The position numbers were made by a program, and so were the translations under genes. 64,000 nt of DNA, taken from the NCBI GenBank assembly GCA_965248195.1, contig CBDFIQ010000001.1, forward strand, positions 576,001 to 640,000. Direction: 5' to 3'. Position 1 is the stretch's first letter. Every line of letters starts with the position of its first letter. The notes beneath the pieces were generated by a model. The model saw only the letters and a program-made list of their open reading frames with translations, did no database searches and was not told where the DNA came from. The DNA comes from Longimicrobiales bacterium (GTDB lineage: Bacteria; Gemmatimonadota; Gemmatimonadetes; Longimicrobiales; Gaopeijiaceae). Of the stretch, positions 19,274 to 28,568 are shown piece by piece.

Positions 19274-20284
19274 ATGAACACAGTCCTCCAAAGGCTCCCG
19301 CTACTCGGGATTGTAATCGTCGCTTCTGGCTGCGACAACGTAGAATGGGGCGGCGTGGAGCTGGGGCTGCGTTCGCCGTCCGATGGCCCGGTTTCCGAAG
19401 CCTCAGCAGAAGTGGAGGAGGTCGTCGAGAACCCCGTTCTGGACAACCCGCCGATGGGGCCGGTCCTCTACCTGGGTCACCGAGCCGGGGGGGAAGCGAT
19501 TCTAGTCGCCGTAGCGGAGATCCGGCCCGACGGTCTTTCCCTGCTGGAGGGGGTCGGCTCCGTCGAAGCGAGCAGATCGTTCATGGCCGAACACCTTACG
19601 CCCGGCCTGGAATTCACGCTGTTTTCCGACGGGGCACGGGTCGGCAGATTGACGGCCGAGAGGTTCTCGGTGGACGGGAGATATTGCAGCGTGCGACCCC
19701 AGATCCGGGGCCCCATCGAGTTGACGCCGGCCGCGGCGACGGTCCAGAGGTTTCTCGCCCTTCCGACGCGGGAGGGGAGCGCCTTCGAGTACGGGGCCTA
19801 CTCTCCGGTCGTCCCGACCCGGGACCTGCGGGTAACTTCACTCACGACTATGCAGCAGGTCATTCCCGCCGTCGGTGCACTATGGCCCGTATCAGTGCTC
19901 GGCATCCGGCAGGACGTCCAGATGTTTCGGGCCCGGTCCGGCGGGGCGCCGACCGTGGTCGCAACCTTCGTATACGCCGACGATCTCGGCGTGGGGCCGG
20001 CGGCCGTTGGAGCCTACTCCGTCTTCCTCGCCTCCGACGACGACGGGACGGGCTACAGAGGCACATATGTGGACTACCGGTTGTTCTCACGTGACGGAAA
20101 GGGTGCCCCACGCTATTTCGACCACCTGGACGTCGACGGGGACGGAAGCGACGAAGTAGTACTCGAGGTCATGGGCGAAAACTCCATGTGGCTCTCCACG
20201 CTGGGTCGGCAGGGAGAATCTTGGGTGGAGGAGTACCGCGACCCATGTGGGCTTCCGCCTGGGTCTCCAGAGCCGGCCCGCTGA
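19274..20284 (+). CDS. hypothetical lipoprotein
   Basis: Lipobox VASGC after a hydrophobic stretch; C-terminal DVDGDGSDE Ca-binding-like motif. Confidence 0.7.
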   Translation: MNTVLQRLPLLGIVIVASGCDNVEWGGVELGLRSPSDGPVSEASAEVEEVVENPVLDNPPMGPVLYLGHRAGGEAILVAVAEIRPDGLSLLEGVGSVEASRSFMAEHLTPGLEFTLFSDGARVGRLTAERFSVDGRYCSVRPQIRGPIELTPAAATVQRFLALPTREGSAFEYGAYSPVVPTRDLRVTSLTTMQQVIPAVGALWPVSVLGIRQDVQMFRARSGGAPTVVATFVYADDLGVGPAAVGAYSVFLASDDDGTGYRGTYVDYRLFSRDGKGAPRYFDHLDVDGDGSDEVVLEVMGENSMWLSTLGRQGESWVEEYRDPCGLPPGSPEPAR

Positions 20285-20292
20285 CGCCGTAA

Positions 20293-20597
20293 AGAAGGCT
20301 GCTGAAGGAGTACAGCGGGTCGCGCACAGGGCGCTTGTGCGCGTTCAGACAAGGAACGACGACGAGGCGTAGCGACGCTACTCCGAGGAGGAGAGACGCA
20401 GGATCAACCGCACAACCGCCCTGTGCCCACGACCATGAAGGGCATGATCTTACACGTTGAAGGGTTGCGGTGGCACGACCCCATCTCCGTTGTTGGAGCT
20501 CCTAGCCATAGCTACGGCTATGGCGTCGTCGCTCCGCCTAGGATATGGGACCGTGGCATCCGCAACGCGGCCCACTGTACTCCTTCAGCAGCCTTCT
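20293..20597. repeat. structured dispersed repeat (MITE-like or ncRNA), copy 1
   Basis: Perfect 23-bp terminal IR agaaggctgctgaaggagtacag...ctgtactccttcagcagccttct, with two internal long hairpins. Highly similar to 50203-50505. Confidence 0.88.
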
Positions 20598-20610
20598 AGG
20601 CGAGCCAGGC

Positions 20611-21507
20611 ATGCGGCGGTCGGTCAACTGGTTCCTCTTAGCGACCCTGGTCGGCTGCGACGCGTTCTCTGGCCAACGGGTTCCCGCCGGGGCTGAGCAG
20701 CCCGAACCCTCGGGGGCGAGTTACCCCTTCCAACTGGTAGACGCCGCAGGCGTGCGACACACGTTCGACACCGCCCCCCGAAGGATGGTGTCTCTGGTCC
20801 CGTCGGCCACGGAGGCGCTTTTGGCGATGGCCCTGGCCGATCATCTGGTCGGCCGAACCGACTACGACCGCATGCCCGAGCTCGCCGGTCTGCCATCGGT
20901 GGGCGGCGGCCTCCAGCCTAACCTGGAGATCCTGGTATCTCTCGATCTCGATCTCGTCATTCGCTTCGCGGGTGATTCCGACCTGGCTACCGCCGAACGC
21001 TTGACTGAGTTGGGGATTCCCCACTTCGCCGTCCAGCCCGACGGCATAGAGGATGTTCTGTCCATCATTCGCGACCTAGGAAGGATTACGGATGCGTCAG
21101 GCGTGGCCGACGCAATGCTCCGTGAGATCCGTGACGCCCTCGACGACGTGGCTCGCCGCGTGGACGAGTTGCCCGAGCCCCGCGTGGTTTACCTCCTGGG
21201 CGGCGATCCCCCGTGGGTGGCCGGCCCGGGTACCTACATCGATGAGCTCATGGCGCTCGCTGGCGGGAAAAACGTTTTCGCTGACCTGGCCACGCTGTAC
21301 GCTCCGGTGAGTATGGAGGCTCTCCTCGATCGGGATTTAGACCTCATTCTCCTCTCCAACGGACTGACGCCCCCAGCGTCCCTCGCGCATGTGGCGAGCG
21401 CTGTTCCACCGGCCTCCGTGGAAATTCCCGGGCCTGGGCTCGGACAGGCCGCCCGGGACATTGCGCGCCTGATTCATCCTGGAGCTTTCGACGAGAGTCC
21501 CCGATGA
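20611..21507 (+). CDS. helical-backbone ABC substrate-binding lipoprotein (BtuF-like)
   Basis: Lipobox LVGC; PRRMVSLVPSATE, LVGRTDYD, GTYIDELMALAGGKN. Confidence 0.85.
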   Translation: MRRSVNWFLLATLVGCDAFSGQRVPAGAEQPEPSGASYPFQLVDAAGVRHTFDTAPRRMVSLVPSATEALLAMALADHLVGRTDYDRMPELAGLPSVGGGLQPNLEILVSLDLDLVIRFAGDSDLATAERLTELGIPHFAVQPDGIEDVLSIIRDLGRITDASGVADAMLREIRDALDDVARRVDELPEPRVVYLLGGDPPWVAGPGTYIDELMALAGGKNVFADLATLYAPVSMEALLDRDLDLILLSNGLTPPASLAHVASAVPPASVEIPGPGLGQAARDIARLIHPGAFDESPR

Positions 21508-22517
21508 AGCCCCTAGCCTGGTCGGCCCTTTTGGGCCTCGCCGTGGGCCTGGGCTTCTGGCTGAGCATCCGCCTCGGCTCGGTGGACCTTACGACTGGCG
21601 AGGTGCTTACGGCTCTACGTGGCGAGGGCGACGTTAATGTTCGGCGGATTGTGGTGGATCTCCGCGCCCCCCGAGCGGTGATGGCGATCCTGGTTGGGGG
21701 GGGACTTTCGCTCGCAGGAGCCGTTTTCCAGGCTCTGCTTCGTAATCCGCTTGCCGAGCCCTACATCCTCGGAATCTCGGGGGGAGCTGCCACCGGAGCG
21801 GTCCTCGCCCTCGCGATGGGCTTGACGGCCTCCCTTTCCTGGGCGCTCCCGGCAGCCGCCTTCGCGGGAGCCCTAGTCGCGATCGTTCTCGTGTTGAGGG
21901 TCGCCGCCACGGCTGACTACGGCGTGGACGTGCGCATACTGCTTCTAGCCGGAGTGGTCGTGGGGGCTTTCTTCACTGCCTGCATGTCCTTCGTCCTCTC
22001 GATCTCAGACGCACGGACGGTGCGGAGCGCGGTCCTCTGGATGATGGGTAGCCTCGCGGGCTCCGACTGGCCCACTGTGGTAATGGTCACCCTCTACACT
22101 CTCCCAGCGGCGATCGCGCTCCTGGGTCTGGCTCGTCCGCTGAACCTTTTGGCGATCGGCGAGGAGACCGCGGGTTATCTCGGAGCCAACGTGGAGCGTG
22201 TCAAACGCGTCGCTTACGTCCTCGCGTCGCTCCTGACCGCCGCCGGAGTGGCGGCCACAGGGGTCATCGGCTTCGTGGGCCTGATCGTGCCCCACGGGGT
22301 TCGGCTTCTCGTCGGTTCCGACTACCGAGTCCTCCTTCCGCTGTCATTCCTCGCGGGAGCCGTGTTTCTCACCCTCGCCGACGTCGTAGCCCGTACCGTC
22401 ATGCCGCCCGCCGAGGTGCCGATCGGCGTCATCACCGCGTTCGTGGGAGTCCCACTCTTTCTTCTTCTGCTGCGGCGCAGCATGGGCGCCCGACTCGGTG
22501 CGGGGATCCGATCGTAA
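21504..22517 (+). CDS. BtuC/FecCD family ABC permease
   Basis: LRNPLAEPYILGISGGA, GFVGLIVPH, EVPIGVITA. Confidence 0.92.
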   Translation: MKPLAWSALLGLAVGLGFWLSIRLGSVDLTTGEVLTALRGEGDVNVRRIVVDLRAPRAVMAILVGGGLSLAGAVFQALLRNPLAEPYILGISGGAATGAVLALAMGLTASLSWALPAAAFAGALVAIVLVLRVAATADYGVDVRILLLAGVVVGAFFTACMSFVLSISDARTVRSAVLWMMGSLAGSDWPTVVMVTLYTLPAAIALLGLARPLNLLAIGEETAGYLGANVERVKRVAYVLASLLTAAGVAATGVIGFVGLIVPHGVRLLVGSDYRVLLPLSFLAGAVFLTLADVVARTVMPPAEVPIGVITAFVGVPLFLLLLRRSMGARLGAGIRS

Positions 22518-23390
22518 ATGCCGACCGATTCCACGGAGCTGGCGAATCCGAGCGAATCCGCGGCCCTCGAGGCGACCGAGCTGACGGTCCACTATCCGCA
22601 TGCGCCCGCGCCGGCACTCGATTCCGTAACCATGCTCGTGCCGCGGGGCACCTTCTACGCCGTTTTGGGCCCGAATGGCTCGGGGAAGTCGACGCTACTT
22701 CGGGCGCTCCTCGGAATGGTGCCGCACGCTGCGGGTCAGGCCCACGTGTCCGGTCGGCTGGTCTCGAATTGGGATCGGCGAGCGCTGGCGAGGGAAGCCG
22801 GTGTGGTCACGCAATCGGAATCGGTCGCCTTTCCCATCACCGTGAGGGAGCTCGTGGCAATGGGGCGCTACCCTTACTTGGGAGCCCTCCAGTCCGAGAC
22901 GCCCACCGACCGGGAGGCCATATCGGAGGCGATGCGCATGTGCGACATCGAGAACCTGGCCAAGCGATTCCTCTCGACCCTGTCTGGCGGCGAACTCCAA
23001 CGGACCAGGGTGGCTCGGGCACTCGCACAGGAGCCCAACGTGCTGGTCCTGGACGAACCGACCGCAAGCCTAGACGTCCGCCACGAGATGGAAATTCTGG
23101 AGCTGCTCAGGGCGTCGGCCGACCATGGCATGACCATTTTTCTCATCACCCACCATCTCGACCTCGCCGCCCGCTTCGCGGACCGATTACTCCTCTTGGA
23201 TCGTGGAAGAGTCGCCGCCGAGGGCGAACCACGAGAGGTCCTACATGAAGAAACGCTTCAGCGTGTGTACGAGTGGCCTATCTCGGTCAGCCACGACCCG
23301 GCCACGGGCGTACCACGCGTGACACCGCTGTCCAGCGCTTCGCACCCGAATCCGGATCAAGAGGCTGACTCCTCATACAAGGTTCGGTAA
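22518..23390 (+). CDS. BtuD/FecE-like ABC ATPase
   Basis: GPNGSGKS, LSGGE, LDEPT. Confidence 0.92.
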   Translation: MPTDSTELANPSESAALEATELTVHYPHAPAPALDSVTMLVPRGTFYAVLGPNGSGKSTLLRALLGMVPHAAGQAHVSGRLVSNWDRRALAREAGVVTQSESVAFPITVRELVAMGRYPYLGALQSETPTDREAISEAMRMCDIENLAKRFLSTLSGGELQRTRVARALAQEPNVLVLDEPTASLDVRHEMEILELLRASADHGMTIFLITHHLDLAARFADRLLLLDRGRVAAEGEPREVLHEETLQRVYEWPISVSHDPATGVPRVTPLSSASHPNPDQEADSSYKVR

Positions 23391-24256
23391 CTCTCGAACC
23401 GGCCCGGGTCGATGGCGCCTTGATCCAACGCCTGCCGTACGGCGCAGTCGGGCTCGTGGAGATGGCTGCACTCCCTGAAACGGCACGAGGGCATCAAGGC
23501 GCGGAGTTCCGGAAAGCAACGGTCCAACTCCTCCCTGGGTACGCCCCAGACTCCCACGTCGCTGAACCCCGGTGTGTCCGCCACCCATCCCCCGCAACGG
23601 AGTTGGATGAGACTGGAACTCACGGTCGTGTGCCGGCCCGTACCGCGCTTCCGGCTGAGCTCGCCGGTCCTGAGTGCGTGCTCCGGCTCTAGCGCGTTTA
23701 CGAGACTCGACTTTCCAACGCCCGACGGACCGGCCAGTGCAGCGATCCCCTCACAGAGCTGCTCGGCAAGCTGTTCCATGCCTTCACTCGCGAGCGCGCT
23801 GACCCGAAGTACGTCATATCCGAGGGGCAGGTAAACCTGCTCGAGTCCTTGCGCCACCTCGGCGGCACCGTCCAGGTCCATCTTGTTGATAATGATAACT
23901 GGCGAAACGCCACCCGACTCACCCACAACGAGAAGACGGTCGATAAGATCCCTACGGGGCTTCGGCTGAGCCGCAGCCATCACGACAAGCAGCCGATCGG
24001 CGTTGGCGACGAGAACCTTGATGGTCCGGCCCCCGAAACGGCTGCGGGTGATCGAGGTCTCCCTCGGAAACACCTCCTCGATGACTTGAGCCCCGTCGCC
24101 AAGCGCGTCGACGCGAACCCGGTCACCGATCACCACCTGGTCCCCCGCTCGCTCCTCGAGCTTCAGCCGACCCCTCAAGGAAGCCGCGACGATGTCACCC
24201 GACTCCAGGGCCACCGTATAGACACCGCCTCTGACCCGGCGGACCATCCCGTTCAC
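23357..24256 (-). CDS. rsgA: ribosome small subunit-dependent GTPase A
   Basis: INKMDL, GPSGVGKSS, GRHTT, DTPG, CRFRECSHLHEPDC. Confidence 0.95.
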   Translation of the reverse strand: MNGMVRRVRGGVYTVALESGDIVAASLRGRLKLEERAGDQVVIGDRVRVDALGDGAQVIEEVFPRETSITRSRFGGRTIKVLVANADRLLVVMAAAQPKPRRDLIDRLLVVGESGGVSPVIIINKMDLDGAAEVAQGLEQVYLPLGYDVLRVSALASEGMEQLAEQLCEGIAALAGPSGVGKSSLVNALEPEHALRTGELSRKRGTGRHTTVSSSLIQLRCGGWVADTPGFSDVGVWGVPREELDRCFPELRALMPSCRFRECSHLHEPDCAVRQALDQGAIDPGRFESYRTLYEESAS

Positions 24257-24282
24257 GAGGTTTTACCGCCTGGCCACCTCAC

Positions 24283-24334
24283 AAAAAAAAAGCCCCGCCC
24301 CCCGCGAAGGCCATCGGCCTCACGGGGGCGGGGC
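24283..24334 (-). terminator. intrinsic terminator after the sigma factor gene
   Basis: On the minus strand, a GC-rich hairpin gccccgcccccg...cgggggcggggc followed by a run of T residues, about 15 nt after the stop. Confidence 0.85.
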
Positions 24335-24349
24335 GTCCCTCGCGGAACG

Positions 24350-25249
24350 TCACGCGGCGAAGGACTCCAGCGCATCTCCCTTGCCACCCTCACGGAGCCG
24401 CCGAAGTGCACGATCGCGGAGCTGACGAATGCGCTCGCGTGTAACGCCAAGCATATTGCCGATCTCCTCCAACGTGTGTTCACGCTCTCCCTCGAGCCCG
24501 AAATAAAGGCACAACACCTTAGCGTCCCGAGCCTCGAGCATCGTCAGCGCAGACCCTACCGTCTCGGTCAAAAGCCTGCTCTCGACGTCCTGCTCGGGCT
24601 CTGCAGCCTCTTCGGAAATGAAGCGCTCCACGAGCTGAGAGTCCTCGCTGTCGCCGATGGGCGCGTCCAGCCGGATCTCTGCGGCGTTGAGTGTCTGCAA
24701 CGACTCAATCAACTCCGGCGTCAGATCCGTGGCGCCACTCAATTCGTCGGACGTGGGTTCCCGGTTCAGCTCCTGCTTGAGGCGCTCCTTCTCCCGAAAG
24801 ATGCGCGCCAAGTCGGAAGCGCGATTGAGCGGAACACGCACAGCCCGTCCGTGGTTCGCGAGCGAGGCCAGAATCGCCTGGCGAATCCACCAAACCGCGT
24901 AACTGATGAACTTCACGCCCTGCTCAGGATCGAACTTCCGGGCCGCAGTGACCAGCCCGACATTCCCTTCCTGAATCAGGTCCGTAAGGGCAACGCCCCG
25001 GTTCTGGTACTTCTTCGCCACACTGATGACGAATCGAAGATTGGCGCGGGCGAGCTCCTGGATAGCGTCCTGGTCGCCCTTCTGGGCCAGGGCGCCGAGT
25101 TCCTTTTCCTTGTCGGGAGTAATGAGCTCGTGCCGGCTGACATCCCTCAAGTACTGGTCGAGAGCCGTCTTCTCCTCGATGCTGGCGTCGAAACCGGCGA
25201 GGGGGTTCCCACGACCCTTACGCTTCTTACGCGTGGTGCCCGTAGCCAT
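24350..25249 (-). CDS. RpoD/SigA-family sigma-70 factor, short type without region 1.1
   Basis: ANLRFVISVAKKY, DLIQEGNVGL, KFISYAVWWIRQ, TLEEIG...TRERIRQ. Confidence 0.93.
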   Translation of the reverse strand: MATGTTRKKRKGRGNPLAGFDASIEEKTALDQYLRDVSRHELITPDKEKELGALAQKGDQDAIQELARANLRFVISVAKKYQNRGVALTDLIQEGNVGLVTAARKFDPEQGVKFISYAVWWIRQAILASLANHGRAVRVPLNRASDLARIFREKERLKQELNREPTSDELSGATDLTPELIESLQTLNAAEIRLDAPIGDSEDSQLVERFISEEAAEPEQDVESRLLTETVGSALTMLEARDAKVLCLYFGLEGEREHTLEEIGNMLGVTRERIRQLRDRALRRLREGGKGDALESFAA

Positions 25250-25571
25250 CGAAATTTATCTCCTAAACCTGTTCCGGTTTGAAGTCGGATTCACATTTTC
25301 GCCGCAGATTTGCCTAGCGTAAAATCTACAGCCATGAAACGTACAATCTTACTCCGGTCTTGTCCACACTTTCTCATCACCTCCGGCGGGGGACCCGGCG
25401 AAGCGTCTCCAATCGGCGCCGCAGTGGACGACCACCTCATCTTAACCCCGTATATGTCCATGGTTCCCTGCCTGATACAGAGGGCAGGCCATGGATTATC
25501 CCCACTTTTGCGCAAGGGTGCCCCCCGACCCTAGGTTCGGCTCCCCGACCTTTCTAAAGTACGGAGCCCTT

Positions 25572-26321
25572 TTGAAACTTCGATGGCAAGCCGCCGGTGT
25601 TTCCGATCCCGGACTCAGGCGAAGCCGGAATGAGGACACGCTCGTTCTCGATCACGCCGAAGGCGTTGTGATCGTTGCGGACGGCATGGGCGGGCGGCCA
25701 GGAGGAGAATACGCGTCCTCTCTGGCCGCAGAGGTTATTCAGGCGCATCTGTCGTCGCCGGAGGAATCGGTCGGCGAACCACGTGACCGAATGGCCGAGG
25801 CAATCTCCTCGGCCAACCTGAAGGTCTGGGAGGCTTCCGTCGCCGACCCGGCACGCCAAGGCATGGGTACCACCGTCACCGCGCTTGCGCTCATTCGGGA
25901 CGCGGCACGCTGGATCATCGGCCACGTCGGCGACAGTCGCGGATACGTGTTCCGGGACGGAAAGCTCCGGCGGATCACACGGGACCACACGGTGGTCCAG
26001 GACCTGTTGGAGTCGGGTGCGATTACTCCATCGTCAGCGGCCGATCACCCGCTCAGCCATCTCATCAACCGGGCCGTTGGCACGGAGAAAACGGTACGAG
26101 TGGACATCTTCCAGGGAGACGTGTTGCCCGGCGACATCTTCCTGCTCTGTACCGATGGCCTGGCGGGGTTGATGACGGACGATGAACTAGAGGACGCACT
26201 CGACGGTCTGGCGGTCACCGGCCTCGACGAAAAAAATGCGGAACTCGTAGCCCTCGCCCATGAGCGGGGGGCCCCCGACAACGTTACCCTGTGTTTCCTA
26301 GCAGTGGAGGACGTCGCCTAG
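25572..26321 (+). CDS. PP2C-type Ser/Thr phosphatase
   Basis: RNED, VADGMGG, GMGTT, HVGDSR, LCTDGL, DNVT. TTG start with GGAG RBS inferred. Confidence 0.92.
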   Translation: MKLRWQAAGVSDPGLRRSRNEDTLVLDHAEGVVIVADGMGGRPGGEYASSLAAEVIQAHLSSPEESVGEPRDRMAEAISSANLKVWEASVADPARQGMGTTVTALALIRDAARWIIGHVGDSRGYVFRDGKLRRITRDHTVVQDLLESGAITPSSAADHPLSHLINRAVGTEKTVRVDIFQGDVLPGDIFLLCTDGLAGLMTDDELEDALDGLAVTGLDEKNAELVALAHERGAPDNVTLCFLAVEDVA

Positions 26322-26381
26322 GGTCCGCGCACGTCTGCGGCTGCCTCCGGCGACCCCCCCTCCGCGTTGTGTTGGCTTTTC

Positions 26382-27518
26382 TTATCGGCCGTCGAGCCGG
26401 AGCCCCGCCCCTGCCGCAACCTCGCGGATGCGCGCCGCCTGACCCGGGTGGGCGGTCGCGAGCTCCATGAGCCTCGTGCGGACGCCCTGCTGCTCCGGCG
26501 CCGACAGGTCCCCTGCCGCGGCCGCAGCTTCCCGTACCGCACCGAGGCAGTCGTCCTCGTAAACGATCTCACCGCAGTTGGCAGTGAGGTTGGCTAACAC
26601 ACCAGCGATCCTCGGACGCTCGGGCGCATTCGCGAACCGTTGATTCGCCGCCTGAATCTCCGCTTGGGCACCGCGGCGGATGTTGGCCCCTTCAGTGCCT
26701 CCTTGGAAGCACATGAAGTCGGGGCGGTCCCCCATCCAGCGGAGCGGGCCGCATGCGATCTTACCGGCCGCTTGAGCCGCTTCCACGACCTCGGTGATCA
26801 GCATCTCGTACTGCGGATCACCCTGACGATAGCCCGAGAAATTGCCCAAATCTCCTGACGCGGCGAAGAGGCCGTCCACGCCGGGGACCTTGGCGATCTC
26901 GCGAGCGTTCTGGACCCCTTCCAGGGTCTCGATCATGAGGAAGAGCACGACGTTCTCATTCCAGGTGGCACGGTAGCCGCCGGGGACTTGGCCCCACATG
27001 CTGTTGCTGAACGCTTGGCCCCCTCCATTACTGCGTCGGCCCAGCGGTGGGAAATAGGTCCACCCCACTGCACGCTTCGCCTCCTCGACCGAGTCGACGG
27101 TCGGCACGACGATGACCAGGGCCCCCATATCCACGGGCTTCTGGACGTTGCCCTCGCTCTCGTGGGCGATCCGCACGCCCGGAACCGCCGGCCTCGGACA
27201 GGCGAGCCACATACGAGACACCTGTTCCATGGTCATCGCTTCATGCTGCATCTCGATCCACGTGAAGTCGTAACCGGCCGAAACGGTGGAGCAGTAGGTC
27301 CGGGGATCCGTGGCCCGGATCGTGCCTCCGATGACCGGCTCCCCGGCTTTGATTTTCTGCATCACAGGATTCCAGATCGGGACCTCCCCATCGCCCTCGT
27401 TTCGCGGCCCGTAGTCCCAATCAGCGGGATCGAAATTCGAGCCTACTTGCGCTTGGGCCACCGAGGCGCCCATGGCCAGCATCACGCAGACGCCAGCCGA
27501 GATGATAGTCCTATTCAT
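26382..27518 (-). CDS. HpcH/HpaI aldolase family protein with signal peptide
   Basis: WIEMQHE, DMGALVIVVPTVD, YFPPLGRRS, MIETLEG; N-terminal signal ending AQA. Confidence 0.8.
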   Translation of the reverse strand: MNRTIISAGVCVMLAMGASVAQAQVGSNFDPADWDYGPRNEGDGEVPIWNPVMQKIKAGEPVIGGTIRATDPRTYCSTVSAGYDFTWIEMQHEAMTMEQVSRMWLACPRPAVPGVRIAHESEGNVQKPVDMGALVIVVPTVDSVEEAKRAVGWTYFPPLGRRSNGGGQAFSNSMWGQVPGGYRATWNENVVLFLMIETLEGVQNAREIAKVPGVDGLFAASGDLGNFSGYRQGDPQYEMLITEVVEAAQAAGKIACGPLRWMGDRPDFMCFQGGTEGANIRRGAQAEIQAANQRFANAPERPRIAGVLANLTANCGEIVYEDDCLGAVREAAAAAGDLSAPEQQGVRTRLMELATAHPGQAARIREVAAGAGLRLDGR

Positions 27519-27667
27519 GGCCTTCGGGCTCCTATTCGTTACGGGTACACGCACGGACCGACGCGTTCGGACGTTGCTGATCGGAGAATGGCCCGACCGG
27601 CAAGATGCTCGGGTGATCGGGGAGGAGCAAGCGACGCGGTCATGCTCCGCCGCAAAGGCCGCCACAC

Positions 27668-27847
27668 CTACCGTAGACTCGCCTCGATATTGCCTCCGTC
27701 GACCGTCAGTGTCGCCGCGGTGGTCTTGCGGGCCAGGTAGGCCACGGTGACGAATTCGTCGGGCAGACGGGTCTGGTCGATGATCTCCGCGGTCCGACCG
27801 TCCCTTCCCCCCCAGATCGTTCGGTAGGCCCTGCCGCCGACGTTCAC
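27668..27847 (-). pseudogene. mtnA: in-frame chimera: MtnA N-terminus fused to the C-terminus of a bifunctional aldolase/short-chain dehydrogenase
   Basis: Manual translation, 59 aa: [59 protein letters not shown]. The GTG start overlaps the apt stop. Confidence 0.75.
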
Positions 27848-28371
27848 TCGCCCTCGAACTCCACCAACGTCAGGACGGGCACACCTTTTTTTTCCAAACG
27901 CTTACGACCGCCCAGGTCGGGCAGATCCACGACGAACGAGCAGCCCACGATCTCCGCTCCCGCCCGGCGCAAGAGGTCGAGGGTGGCGAGTGCTGTGCCG
28001 CCCGTGGCGATCAAGTCGTCCACCACCAGCACCGTCTCGCCCTCGGCGACGGCGTCCCGGTGAATTTCAACACGGTCGGTACCGTACTCCAGCTCATAAT
28101 CTTGGCCGATGGTTTCCCACGGCAGCTTGCCCTTTTTGCGCACCGGTATGAAACCGGTGCGGAGTTGGTGGGCAACCGCCCCACCGATGATGAAGCCCCG
28201 GGCCTCGATCCCCGCCACCGCGTCGATGTGCTTTCCGACGAAGGGCTGAACCAGATCGTCCACCAGTTTCCGGAACCCGAACGCATCTTTCAGCAGCGTG
28301 GTGATATCGCGGAATTGTATGCCGGGCCTTGGGTAACCCGGGATCGTGCGGATGCGGGATTTCAGCGGCAT
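27844..28371 (-). CDS. apt: adenine phosphoribosyltransferase
   Basis: [36 protein letters not shown]. Confidence 0.96.
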   Translation of the reverse strand: MPLKSRIRTIPGYPRPGIQFRDITTLLKDAFGFRKLVDDLVQPFVGKHIDAVAGIEARGFIIGGAVAHQLRTGFIPVRKKGKLPWETIGQDYELEYGTDRVEIHRDAVAEGETVLVVDDLIATGGTALATLDLLRRAGAEIVGCSFVVDLPDLGGRKRLEKKGVPVLTLVEFEGE

Positions 28372-28384
28372 GGGCGTTTCCTAG

Positions 28385-28475
28385 TCACGGGTTCAAGACG
28401 CGGCCGGCCACCGCCACGTCTACGGTCTTGGCCGCTGCCGCCGACGACCCCGAGCACGGGCTTCGATACGGTCAT
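28385..28475 (-). pseudogene. mtnP: remnant of 5'-methylthioadenosine phosphorylase (both ends kept, middle deleted)
   Basis: ATG at 28475 gives MTVSKPVLGVVGGSG; the +1 frame then gives AKTVDVAVAGRVLNP-stop, ending 13 nt before apt. Confidence 0.65.
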
Positions 28476-28568
28476 ACACGCCCTTCGGATTAGTGAACGT
28501 CGGTGCGAATCAACGATTCCCCTGAGTCGTGACCTCGCCTGAGTCGCGACCTCGATGGAGGCAACCCC

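Noticed and set aside
20293..20597. Cobalamin riboswitch upstream of the btuFCD-like operon
   Set aside because: No B12-box or other riboswitch consensus is recognisable, and the same element recurs at an unrelated locus with terminal inverted repeats.
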